Below, piece after piece: positions 1-9,691 of a stretch of DNA of 64,000 nucleotides. Made by a program: the position numbers and the translations under genes. This DNA is from Patescibacteria group bacterium. Lineage in GTDB: Bacteria; Patescibacteriota; Patescibacteriia; JBHPGJ01. The DNA lies in the NCBI GenBank assembly GCA_042570545.1, contig JBHPGJ010000006.1, positions 1,327 through 65,326 of the forward strand, given 5' to 3'. Every line of letters starts with the position of its first letter. The first letter of the stretch is position 1. The notes under the pieces are model-generated. The model worked only from the letters and a program-made list of their open reading frames with translations. It made no database searches and was not told the DNA's origin.

Positions 1-552
1 CCAATTGTACTTAATCCGGCGCATTAGCGTACTTAGCTCTTGTACACGCTGCCGCCGCCGATCTTCTTGCTGAGACTGGTCAGCTGACAGTAATCCGGCA
101 AACAAGTTATTCTGGGGATCATCTTGAATACTGTTTGCCTGATCCAGCTTCCTGGCTACCAGCGCACCTGTCATCAGCTCATGAATTGCTTGATGACCAA
201 TCAGGCCGTGATACAGATGAGCAGATTTCCTCGAAGTCGTCTGCCCGGTAACCAATTTCTCCAGCTCTCGTGAACGATGACTGCGAACAACCCGTCGCTC
301 TAGATCAGCTACCGATATAGCTGTGTTGTTCTGCTGGTGTTCTCGGCTCAGCTCGCATAGATAGGCCAGGGCCTCTGCTATCGTATCGGCTTTTCCCGCC
401 GAAATTGTGGCCTGAACTACTAAGTCAAGTCCGCCAAAGAAGTACCTTTCCCATACCCATCGCTTAAACTCCGGCGACGGGTCAGGAATAGTTCTTATGT
501 CCTCGGCCGTTACCGTAATGGCAACGGTTTGAGTACTAAAAGAATCTTCCAT
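1..552 (-). CDS. hypothetical protein, 3'-truncated by window edge (MEDSFSTQTVAITV...)
   Basis: Manually translated open frame from ATG at 552 to the edge; GGAGG SD upstream; absent from ORF track because no stop is in the window. Confidence 0.7.
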   Translation of the reverse strand, partial: MEDSFSTQTVAITVTAEDIRTIPDPSPEFKRWVWERYFFGGLDLVVQATISAGKADTIAEALAYLCELSREHQQNNTAISVADLERRVVRSHRSRELEKLVTGQTTSRKSAHLYHGLIGHQAIHELMTGALVARKLDQANSIQDDPQNNLFAGLLSADQSQQEDRRRQRVQELSTLMRRIKYNW

Positions 553-649
553 TACCGCCTCCAGGGTTTGGATTGATAGACTAATTTGTGATAGAACCAC
601 CCCTTTTATACAGTTATCAAGAGTAATCGTCAAGAATTTTGATAACAAA

Positions 650-680
650 AATAAGGAAACTTAACGTTTCCCTATTTTTT
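650..680. terminator. intrinsic terminator hairpin after 689..1204
   Basis: Imperfect inverted repeat aataaggaaac/gtttccctatt flanked by A and T runs. Confidence 0.55.
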
Positions 681-688
681 AAATCTAT

Positions 689-1204
689 TTATTCAGTATA
701 AGTAGAGGTGCCGATCACCACGATTGTTTGTCCGCTGTCTTCACCAATGCTTATAGACACTGTACGGTTTCCTTTTTCTGCCCCAATCGAATAGCCTGAT
801 GGTAACTGCATGGATAGCGTTTCACTCCAGCCGTCATTGGCCAGTTTACTGTCATACTCTGCCTTGACTTCATCCATAGATTTATTAGTTTGAATAGACA
901 CCGTATGTGACTGACCCTCGGTTACTGATGTGGCTGAGGTTATGGTGCCATCTACTACGTGTATATCGCTGGGAAAATCATCAGGCAAGCTGACATTTTC
1001 GCCGGCCTGGAAGGTCCCGGCATTGGTATTAAATGTTACGCTGTTGTCATCCAAATCCACCTCAGCCGCACCGTTGGTGGCTCGCTCAATGGAAGATTCG
1101 ATGTTTTCTTCGGCCGCCTCGCGACCTAGTACGCCCCATAGTATTCCGCCAATGGCTAGAACAGCCACGACAACAACTATGGCAATGGTGGTATTTTTGT
1201 TCAT
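689..1204 (-). CDS. membrane-anchored hypothetical protein
   Basis: N-terminal hydrophobic helix followed by acidic soluble domain. Confidence 0.75.
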   Translation of the reverse strand: MNKNTTIAIVVVVAVLAIGGILWGVLGREAAEENIESSIERATNGAAEVDLDDNSVTFNTNAGTFQAGENVSLPDDFPSDIHVVDGTITSATSVTEGQSHTVSIQTNKSMDEVKAEYDSKLANDGWSETLSMQLPSGYSIGAEKGNRTVSISIGEDSGQTIVVIGTSTYTE

Positions 1205-1274
1205 ATTATTGTTGCTTAATTATCAGTTCTATATTAATTAAATATCTACTTGGTAAAAAAGGCAAGCGCAATGT

Positions 1275-1811
1275 CTAATCACTAGTAATCGGTGTTCCGT
1301 CACCTAATAAGATTTCCTCTTCTTCATTCAGGCCCTCGCCCAAGGCACGACTGCCATAGCACTTACTGGTGTTAAATAAATCATCCTGTCGAGCGCGTAA
1401 AAATAGTAAATAAGGTGGTTGTCCACTGGCAAAGTGGAGATCGTCCTTAACCTCTAGCATCAATTGTTCCTCACTGCCTTCGGCTGGACTGGCCGCAATG
1501 ATAATTCCATTGTCGGGAATAGCACCCTTATACAACAATGTTGGTGTAATTAATACGTCTGCTCCAGTCTGGCCGGGAATGACGGCAAATACACTTCCGA
1601 TAACAATGATATCAGCATCTAAAATATTTTCATCAACAGTACGATCTGGACAGACTAATTTGCTTTTAAATAAATTCTTTATTGGCGCGTCCAGCAGCAG
1701 CCAAAAAATCCCCAGGATTATAACTATTATAACTGCCCACATAATTACTTTCCGGCGTCGGCCAAACGCTTGTCCACTGAAACTTTTACTGAAGCGGTAT
1801 TGGTCTTCCAT
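1275..1811 (-). CDS. membrane-anchored protein with TIMP/NTR-like domain
   Basis: TM helix, then C...ADIIVIGSV...F..G..YLLF...TSKCYGS pattern resembling bacterial TIMP/NTR-like proteins. Confidence 0.5.
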   Translation of the reverse strand: MEDQYRFSKSFSGQAFGRRRKVIMWAVIIVIILGIFWLLLDAPIKNLFKSKLVCPDRTVDENILDADIIVIGSVFAVIPGQTGADVLITPTLLYKGAIPDNGIIIAASPAEGSEEQLMLEVKDDLHFASGQPPYLLFLRARQDDLFNTSKCYGSRALGEGLNEEEEILLGDGTPITSD

Positions 1812-1861
1812 GATTTAAAGATAGTTTTAATAAATATTTTTAGTCGATCAAGTATATTCTA

Positions 1862-3013
1862 TCACAATGATGAATAATTAAAATCAATTGTTCCGTCATT
1901 TACCTGCTGATAAACATTTAGCGAACTACTGACAGCCAGTCTGGCCAAGAGCTCATGAGCGGCTTGTTCGTTCATGACAATGGGCTGACTATTATTTATC
2001 TCGATCGGGATAATTTGGATGACATTATAATTCTCAGACAGGCTGATCTTTAAAGCGATCGTCTCTTGTGTCTGACTGGAAAAATACTGGTCAAAAATAA
2101 AATTACCCAGCGAATAAAATATTACCGTATCTTTATATTTTTCAATCTCTTGTAAAACGTGTGGATGGTGACCAATAATTATATCAGCTCCGCTATCTGC
2201 CAGCCTGTGGGCAAGTGACTGCTGTCTAGTATTCGATACGGATTGATATTCATTGCCCCAATGAATATTGATTATATCAATAGCTTCATCAGATAATTCT
2301 TTTACCAGCTTAATCGCTTGATCTTCCTTAAAGGCCGGCCAGACAGCACTGGTTAACCCAAAAAAGCGGAATTGTTGATTATTAATGTCTACAGTTTCAA
2401 CATATTCCCGGCCCACTTCCCGTGGGTGTCCAAAGGCTGTCACCTTGGCCTTGGCTAATTCTTCTTGAGTGTTAGCAAAGGCCACTGGGCCAAAATCAAA
2501 AGTGTGATTATTGGCCAAAGTAACAATGTCAATATTATTATCCTTTAGGATTGGAGCGATATCTTTATCAAAATTAAAGCGCATTGTGTAATCAGCTGTC
2601 TGTCGATGATTTTCGACTATGGGACCTTCCAAATTAGCAATTACTGAATCTACGCTTTTTAGTAAGTTGGCCACTCCAGCAAAGGGATAACTAGCGCCGT
2701 GTCTATTCATTAACGTCTCGACATGCCGACCCAACATCACGTCACCAATTGCCAGCATGGTAGTGCGATTGGAATTAAGGGGAAGATGTTCAATTACAAC
2801 ATCAGTAGTGACTGGTTCATTGTCTGGTACGGTATTTGTTATAACCGAGGTAACTACTGTCGATTGACCATTTACTATTATCGCCAGACCAAATAATAAA
2901 CTAACAACTAATAATGAGAATATAAAAACGGTTACCGTGCTTCGAATATTAATTCCGATTTTATTATGGTTGGTGTTTCTCAAATTTTTCCATCTAAGCC
3001 ACTGATCGGACAT
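1862..3013 (-). CDS. CapA/PGA_cap family metallophosphatase-fold protein
   Basis: GDVMLGR, NLEG, LANNHTFDFG, HWG, GHHPH, YSLGNF motifs; N-terminal TM. Confidence 0.9.
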   Translation of the reverse strand: MSDQWLRWKNLRNTNHNKIGINIRSTVTVFIFSLLVVSLLFGLAIIVNGQSTVVTSVITNTVPDNEPVTTDVVIEHLPLNSNRTTMLAIGDVMLGRHVETLMNRHGASYPFAGVANLLKSVDSVIANLEGPIVENHRQTADYTMRFNFDKDIAPILKDNNIDIVTLANNHTFDFGPVAFANTQEELAKAKVTAFGHPREVGREYVETVDINNQQFRFFGLTSAVWPAFKEDQAIKLVKELSDEAIDIINIHWGNEYQSVSNTRQQSLAHRLADSGADIIIGHHPHVLQEIEKYKDTVIFYSLGNFIFDQYFSSQTQETIALKISLSENYNVIQIIPIEINNSQPIVMNEQAAHELLARLAVSSSLNVYQQVNDGTIDFNYSSL

Positions 3014-3078
3014 GCTTAGTATATCATAAGTATTTCTAGAAATTTTTTTTCGTTATATACATCGTGTATACTACAGCC

Positions 3079-4575
3079 ATGTTAACCGTGAAGACTTGGC
3101 TCAATTTGGGCATAATAATTATAATCGCTTGTTTCGGGGTGTTTCTGGCCTTTAATCACGCCCATCAAACAACAATTATCACTTCGGATTCAATAACCTA
3201 TATTGATGCCGCTCGGCATATGGCCGATGGTTTGGGTTACCGGACAAGTCTTCTGTCCTTCTCTGACGGTGGTTCAAATCCTTCCTTAACTTTGTGGCCG
3301 CCATTTTATGCCATGACCATAACGCCATTGATCTCGGCCAATATTGATCCAATTTATGCCGGCCGGATAATAAGCGCTTTGGCTTATGGATTATTAATTA
3401 TAGTTATCGGCTTATGGATCAGGTCATCAAAAGGACCGCTAATGGGCGTTGTGGCAGCTACCATTTTATTAACCTTACCCGCCCTTATTGATACGGCTAC
3501 TACCGTTTTATCCGAGTCTTTGTATACCTTAGTATTTATCATATCGGTTTGGTTGGGCTGGATTGCCATTAAACATAACCGGCTTACTTGGTGGTTTATA
3601 TTCGGTCTGGTCATCGGACTGAGTGCATTGACAAAATATTTGAGTATTGTTTTAGTTGCCCTTATTCCTATCGCTGCACTGATTCTGGCTAAGCGTAATA
3701 AAAATTACCGGTCAGTGATTAAACCAACCTTGATTGGACTGGCTGGCGCTGCTTTATTTATTCTGCCCCTGTTGATGCGCAATGTTATGCTCGGTCAGCC
3801 GCTGGGCGGTGGTGAGCGATTAGTATCAACCGTACCGTTTCTATCTAACATTGGCGACACAGTAAAAACATTAGCAGCGGATTTTAGTAGCAGCCTTTTG
3901 TGGATAGCAATTTCTATTAGTACTTTGCTGGCCTTGATAATTATTATATGGCGCCGCAAATTCTTACGATCTTGGAAGAAAATTTCCTGGCCACTCATTG
4001 CTGCTGCTACCTATACGATCGGTTTGATTGTAATACGTTCGGTAGTACATGTAGACCGAATCTACACTAGATATCTAATGCCGATATATCCCTTGATCAT
4101 TTTTATTGTGATAATTCTGCTTTGGGATGCAATAAAAATAATAAATGGACGCTGGGCCAATATTGCTATGGGAATTGCGGCCATAATCTTTTTAGCTTGG
4201 GGTATTAAAACCTATGATTTTCAAGCCGGCAAATTCCAGGCCGAGCCAACATATCGAGCTAGGGTGGTACAGAAGCAGACAACTGAAAATGATTTAATAA
4301 TCGGTAATATTGCCCGTGAGTATAATCTATATCTGGGAAGAGATGTTATACAATTGTATAGTGACGAACGTTCACCTCAATTAACCACTGAGTTAACCCG
4401 AGAATTAACCCATAAATGGTCCAGCGCATATAATCGAATAATAATCGCTGTGACACCAGATCTTCATGCAGAATCTTATGGTGAATATGTCGCCAGCTTA
4501 AGCCGGGGCGAAAAAAATGATCTTGAATTACTTGAACAAACTGACAGAGTTATCGTCTACGAAGTACCTAGGTAA
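3079..4575 (+). CDS. GT-C fold glycosyltransferase (ArnT/PMT-like)
   Basis: Polytopic; SDSITY, WPPFY, LSESLY, LTKY motifs; ATG 6 nt after TATACT (leaderless). Confidence 0.8.
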   Translation: MLTVKTWLNLGIIIIIACFGVFLAFNHAHQTTIITSDSITYIDAARHMADGLGYRTSLLSFSDGGSNPSLTLWPPFYAMTITPLISANIDPIYAGRIISALAYGLLIIVIGLWIRSSKGPLMGVVAATILLTLPALIDTATTVLSESLYTLVFIISVWLGWIAIKHNRLTWWFIFGLVIGLSALTKYLSIVLVALIPIAALILAKRNKNYRSVIKPTLIGLAGAALFILPLLMRNVMLGQPLGGGERLVSTVPFLSNIGDTVKTLAADFSSSLLWIAISISTLLALIIIIWRRKFLRSWKKISWPLIAAATYTIGLIVIRSVVHVDRIYTRYLMPIYPLIIFIVIILLWDAIKIINGRWANIAMGIAAIIFLAWGIKTYDFQAGKFQAEPTYRARVVQKQTTENDLIIGNIAREYNLYLGRDVIQLYSDERSPQLTTELTRELTHKWSSAYNRIIIAVTPDLHAESYGEYVASLSRGEKNDLELLEQTDRVIVYEVPR

Positions 4576-4588
4576 TAAATAATTTTTC

Positions 4589-7500
4589 CTAAATATCAAT
4601 TTCTCTATAGGGTGGCCACGGTTTCCATATTTCTTTTTGCTTAATATGTACCGAATTGGAAGTTACCAGCTCGCCAAAGCCATCCACATCTTTTGGCTTT
4701 ATGGTAAAGTACCAATCATCATTACCATAGGTGTATCTAGACAAGATAATTTCTCTATCATTTAAGTTTGTTTGTAATATTCCATTTCTATACCAGCGTA
4801 TTTCAGTAGCACCTTCTGGATCACCGTTTTCATCAAAGTATGTATAATGGGCAGTCAAACTGCTAGTCCAGTTCGGATTTTCCGGAGTGATATAAAGATC
4901 CCTGGCTTCTGGCGTGGTAGGAATAAAATACAGAGCGCCCATATCCATACAAGTACCATCAGGATCTTGATCATCAGGATCACTCAGACAATCAATCCCA
5001 TCGTTATCTAGGTCAGGGTGCCCTGCGTCAATGCATAGTGAGCTTCTTTGAAGATGATAATTATTTTCATTTGGATCCAAGAACAATGGATCAACATTCA
5101 AATTGCCTGTGCCAGCAAAACCACCCTGAATGTCAGAATAAGTTATATCAACAGTTCCTCTAATGAAGTAATTGGGCGTATTGTCCCAAATTATAGTATT
5201 TTTTATGTTTAATGGTGCAAATAGTGAATACAAACCGCCACCCCGAGAAGACGCAGTGTTGCCTGTTATTGTATTATTATTAAATGCAATTACTGGATCA
5301 TTAAATAAATACACACCACCTCCATCTACAGCTTCATTATTTGCTACAATATTATTAGTAAATGATATTACATCAGGAGTTCCTGCGAAATAAACACCGC
5401 CTCCCCAATCAGTAGCAGTATTATTTATTATTATATTACGAGTAATTGTTGCCCTGGTATAATTAATATAAATTCCACCACCAGTAGGAGCTTCGTTCCC
5501 AGTAACAATATTATTTCTGATAGTAGGAAAAGAATTATAGCCGCAATAAATACCACCGCCATGATTAATGGCGCTGTTATCTTTAATTATATTATTTATT
5601 ATCGTTGGTGAGGTATCATCATCACAATATATTCCTCCACCATATAATTGTCCGCTGCCATTTTGTATAGTAAATCCATCTAGTACTGCTTCTTCTGTTT
5701 CTATATTACTGAACTTAACTACTGTATTAATCTCTCCGCCATCAATGATCGTATCCTCAGCTTCAGCTATACTCAATATTGTAATATTTTTTCCTGAATA
5801 ATCTATAGAAGTATATATACCAGGATCAACTTTAATAGTATAACCGTTTTGAGACTCGTCTATTGCTTCCTGTATTTGTATATAACCTTCATTTACAGAA
5901 TTCATACTTTGGTCATATAGCTGGACCGGATAATATACTGAATCAATCTGTCTTTCATAAGCTCCCATATCCACATAGTTAGGGTTGCCAATACCAGTAT
6001 TAGGTGACACTCCAAGATCATCATATCTGGTATTATAATCTAAATCTAAATCAGGACTGATCAAGCCATCTGCTGCATCACCATCACCAGCATCAATGGC
6101 TGGTGAAAAAGTTCGGAGCATAAAGTTATCTTCTATTGGATTCATGAACATGGGATCACTATCAATATTTCCCGAACCAGTAAAGCCATCCTGAATCACG
6201 GAATAATTTACTGATAAAATATCGCCTACTCCAGTTGTGTAAATTCCACTACCTTGCGTAGCTATATTATCCCAAATAATATTGTTGGTAATTAAAGTAT
6301 TTATATTTACTGTGGAATATAAGCCGCCCCCATCATTTATCGCATTATTTTTTGTAACGGTATTATTTATAATATTAGCAGAAGAGCTTTCAATATATAA
6401 TCCAGCTCCATTGTTTGTAGTCGTATTATTAATTATCTTATTACTATAAATAACCGGTGAGGCATTGTTAATTGCATAAATACCTCCGCCAGAATCTGCA
6501 TTATTGGTGGCAATAATATTATTTTTTATGATTGGACTAGCACCATCAATGCTAATCCCTCCGCCGTTTGTGGCATCGCCATTCTGCAGGGTAAAACCAT
6601 CAAGCACTGCTGAGCTTGTCTCTGCATTATGGAAAGCAATCACACTCGCTTCAGACTTTCCATCAATAATTGTTACCTCGGGGCCGTCTACACTCTTTAT
6701 GGTTATATTTTTACCGTTATAATCTATGTTTTCATTATAAGTACCTGCTGAAACAAGTATGGTCTCACCGTCTGAAGCAATGTTAATGGCGCCTTGTATG
6801 GTAGGAGAATCTATCGGCACTTGTATTGGCCCTAATTGAGAGTTATAAACCTGTAATGCAGGATCACCCAATAAATTTAAACCAAATAATGTCCACCTCA
6901 TGTAGTTTATAGTATTGGCATCATTAATAAATGTAATTTTTAAATCCGCTACTGTTTCGCCAATACGATAATACTGTTCAGTAAAAAAGGATTTATAAAA
7001 TTCTTTGTCTAAATAATCAAAATAAGGAACAAATCCATCTCGGCTACTGCCGACATAAACCATGCCTCCGCCATTGGGATTTGTTACCCAATGCTCACCA
7101 ATACTGTCTTCGTCTATTGCCGCTGCCCAGCAACCTCCGGAATATAAGATAGAATATCTGGGACTGGGTGTGCCATTAGTCAAACTATCAATGTCACTAA
7201 TAAAGATTGGTTCATCACCAGTAGATAAAAGATTGACATTGCCATGATCTAAATGATTGGCAATAAAATGGCCGTTTTCAAATGCGGCCATAACATTGGC
7301 CTTAGTATCTGTGCCATCTTTACCATATAATTTAGTAATCGGATCAAATAGATCAGGCAAATCATCCTCATCGATCATGTCTTTGAAATACGACTGATCA
7401 CCTATTATAGGATCATCAGCTGCAATAAAAAGGGCTTGATAAGGATCATAGTCATCAAATGTGGTTGATTCAAATGCTAATGTCTTATCAACAAAAGCCA

Positions 7501-8692
7501 TGGCCTCGGCCTGATCTTCAACTGGTGCCCGTCCGACAAAAACATCAGGGTATAAATCTACATTATCCACCCCCTCTTCACCAAAGTGGTTATTACTATT
7601 GGCATCCCAGTCACCATCTAAATCGGAATAATACATATCCGTTGGCACTCCTCCTCCCTCGAAGATAATTGGATTCAAATTCGTTAAAGCCTTTCTGTCC
7701 GGCACAATATTAGTGTCTCCGCCCAGCAAAACATAAACCAGTCCACTAGTATGAAGATGTTTTATATAGTTCCTTATTGTTTCCTGATCATCTCTGCCTA
7801 CTCTTGCTGGCGGATCCAATTGTGCCCAGGTATTTATTTCATCGACTGAAACTATTTCTGGTGATAAACCCATAGATATCCTACTGTTTATCAATGGCTG
7901 GAAAACATTATTATCTTTTAATGCTTGGTTGGTAACAATTAAGTAATCGGTAAAGTTTGTATCTATCTCAAGTTGTTCAGAGTCTTTAATGTCGGTTATG
8001 GATATTATACTATCCACTTCTTGTGGATTTGAAACCATTTTCTTTAAATAACTGCTTATTGATTTTTTGCCTGCTTTTGACCTCGTTACCTGAGATATTA
8101 CTTCATTACTGTTTTCATATACTATCTGAAACTTTATTTCTGTATGAGATAAAAGTTTTCTTGATACTGGCTGATATTGGATTGGATAGACATTTAATGA
8201 AACAATATTTACCCCGCCCAACAAACCCTCTGACGATACTTCTAAAATATTACTTGGGTAATATTTTGCCTGGTTATAAACTATTGGATTAGGCTCAGTA
8301 AATTCAGGTTTTTCATAAAATGAATGTGGTTTTTGTGTGGGATATATATTAAACGGTTTAGGTATTTCATCAGTCTTATCTTGTAGAATTTTTATTCTCT
8401 TAAACTTTTTTCCCTTGGGAATAGCATAATGTAAGACCATACGAGGTAATCGCGGGCTGCCTACTTTTAACGTATATGTAGCATTGGGCAAATCGACCGT
8501 GTCATAATTATCAAGCTTGCTGAATCTCAAGTCATTAGAGGAAAGACTTATCGAATATGTTTCAGTTATTTCTTTTTGCGCTATATTCTTCTTTGCAGTT
8601 AGCGAAGTACCAAAACTACCTATGGCATAGGCAAATAAACCAACTGAAAAAAACAACAGCAAAATAGCTATAAAGATAGTTTTAATATTCAC
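4589..8692 (-). CDS. secreted gingipain-like C25 cysteine peptidase with propeptide, beta-helix repeats and Ig-like C-terminus
   Basis: YVLLGGD, TDMYYSDLDGDWD, VGRAPV, HLDHGN (His), GGCW (Cys), NLLGDP; GGGIY/N-rich repeats; likely GTG start at 8692 just before the signal peptide (track start 8782). Confidence 0.85.
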   Translation of the reverse strand: MNIKTIFIAILLLFFSVGLFAYAIGSFGTSLTAKKNIAQKEITETYSISLSSNDLRFSKLDNYDTVDLPNATYTLKVGSPRLPRMVLHYAIPKGKKFKRIKILQDKTDEIPKPFNIYPTQKPHSFYEKPEFTEPNPIVYNQAKYYPSNILEVSSEGLLGGVNIVSLNVYPIQYQPVSRKLLSHTEIKFQIVYENSNEVISQVTRSKAGKKSISSYLKKMVSNPQEVDSIISITDIKDSEQLEIDTNFTDYLIVTNQALKDNNVFQPLINSRISMGLSPEIVSVDEINTWAQLDPPARVGRDDQETIRNYIKHLHTSGLVYVLLGGDTNIVPDRKALTNLNPIIFEGGGVPTDMYYSDLDGDWDANSNNHFGEEGVDNVDLYPDVFVGRAPVEDQAEAMAFVDKTLAFESTTFDDYDPYQALFIAADDPIIGDQSYFKDMIDEDDLPDLFDPITKLYGKDGTDTKANVMAAFENGHFIANHLDHGNVNLLSTGDEPIFISDIDSLTNGTPSPRYSILYSGGCWAAAIDEDSIGEHWVTNPNGGGMVYVGSSRDGFVPYFDYLDKEFYKSFFTEQYYRIGETVADLKITFINDANTINYMRWTLFGLNLLGDPALQVYNSQLGPIQVPIDSPTIQGAINIASDGETILVSAGTYNENIDYNGKNITIKSVDGPEVTIIDGKSEASVIAFHNAETSSAVLDGFTLQNGDATNGGGISIDGASPIIKNNIIATNNADSGGGIYAINNASPVIYSNKIINNTTTNNGAGLYIESSSANIINNTVTKNNAINDGGGLYSTVNINTLITNNIIWDNIATQGSGIYTTGVGDILSVNYSVIQDGFTGSGNIDSDPMFMNPIEDNFMLRTFSPAIDAGDGDAADGLISPDLDLDYNTRYDDLGVSPNTGIGNPNYVDMGAYERQIDSVYYPVQLYDQSMNSVNEGYIQIQEAIDESQNGYTIKVDPGIYTSIDYSGKNITILSIAEAEDTIIDGGEINTVVKFSNIETEEAVLDGFTIQNGSGQLYGGGIYCDDDTSPTIINNIIKDNSAINHGGGIYCGYNSFPTIRNNIVTGNEAPTGGGIYINYTRATITRNIIINNTATDWGGGVYFAGTPDVISFTNNIVANNEAVDGGGVYLFNDPVIAFNNNTITGNTASSRGGGLYSLFAPLNIKNTIIWDNTPNYFIRGTVDITYSDIQGGFAGTGNLNVDPLFLDPNENNYHLQRSSLCIDAGHPDLDNDGIDCLSDPDDQDPDGTCMDMGALYFIPTTPEARDLYITPENPNWTSSLTAHYTYFDENGDPEGATEIRWYRNGILQTNLNDREIILSRYTYGNDDWYFTIKPKDVDGFGELVTSNSVHIKQKEIWKPWPPYREIDI

Positions 8693-8912
8693 ATAAATAC
8701 CAACATCCTGCTTTACTTCTATTTCTTTCAACAGTTTGCCATTTGACACAATAATAAAATTTAAAAAAAATAAACACTCCAAAAAAGGAGCATCTTACTT
8801 ATCTTTTGGATAAAACAAACTCTTATCCATTTATAAAAATTTACTTATTCTTAATTTAGATTTTAGCTTATTTTAGCGATTTAGTCAATCACTATCTTAA
8901 AGAGAAGAGGGA

Positions 8913-8940
8913 TTGACAAAAAACAATATTATGCTAATCT
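8913..8940 (+). promoter_or_regulatory. sigma70-type promoter
   Basis: TTGACA-16 nt-TAATCT with TG extension. Confidence 0.55.
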
Positions 8941-8987
8941 GCTTAGCTATTTGTTCGTAAACAACCCACTCTTCCTGGAGGCGAAAC

Positions 8988-9590
8988 ATGCTCGAGACCA
9001 TACTGATACTGCAGTTTTGGGGAGGGATGTTTTATCTCCTCAACAAGATATTTTTCTCACGGGCTGAGCGTAGTCAATCAGTTATTGCTGCCCGACGTTG
9101 GCGGATAGCTTCGTGGGCAGTATACCTGCTTGGTTTACCGCCCTGGCTGATCATCTTCGTCTCGGAGAGAAACTGGATAGCGGCCGGCCTGGAAGCTGGT
9201 GGCACTCCGGCGATGCTGCTGGGCTTAATTATTGCCCTGCGCGGCAAGGGCCGGGCTCCACGCTGGCTTGACTACGTTGCTCTGCTAGCAATAACCGTTG
9301 GTATCATCTATAGCCTGAAGGATTTCGGTGGTCTGAACACTATCAACCAGTATCTTGAACTGGGCTTAACGCTGGGATTCTTAGTCGGCACCTATCAGCT
9401 GGCCAAAGAAAAACCACAGGGTTACTTGTGGTTCATACTGATGAACCTATCCTGCGGCTCGCTGATGGCCGTCCAGCACTACTACTGGTTGATGCTTCAG
9501 CAAATGGTGTCATTAGGCTTTGTCATCGATGCTTATCGGACACAAAAACATCGGGCAGATCAAACTGACCCCGATCGTATAATCACTTAA
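8988..9590 (+). CDS. polytopic membrane protein, PnuC-like transporter family (tentative)
   Basis: About 7 TM helices, internally repeated halves; GGAGG SD. Confidence 0.55.
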   Translation: MLETILILQFWGGMFYLLNKIFFSRAERSQSVIAARRWRIASWAVYLLGLPPWLIIFVSERNWIAAGLEAGGTPAMLLGLIIALRGKGRAPRWLDYVALLAITVGIIYSLKDFGGLNTINQYLELGLTLGFLVGTYQLAKEKPQGYLWFILMNLSCGSLMAVQHYYWLMLQQMVSLGFVIDAYRTQKHRADQTDPDRIIT

Positions 9591-9638
9591 CTGGGTATCT
9601 CATAGCGAGGTCCCAGTTTTAATTATAAAAAAGATAAA

Positions 9639-9666
9639 GCCTCGGCGTCTTGGTAAACGTCGAGGC
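9639..9666 (-). terminator. terminator of radical SAM gene
   Basis: gcctcggcgt/acgtcgaggc stem with adjacent A-rich run (U-rich on -). Confidence 0.6.
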
Positions 9667-9691
9667 ATTGTGGTTGAACGAAGCGGTCCTC

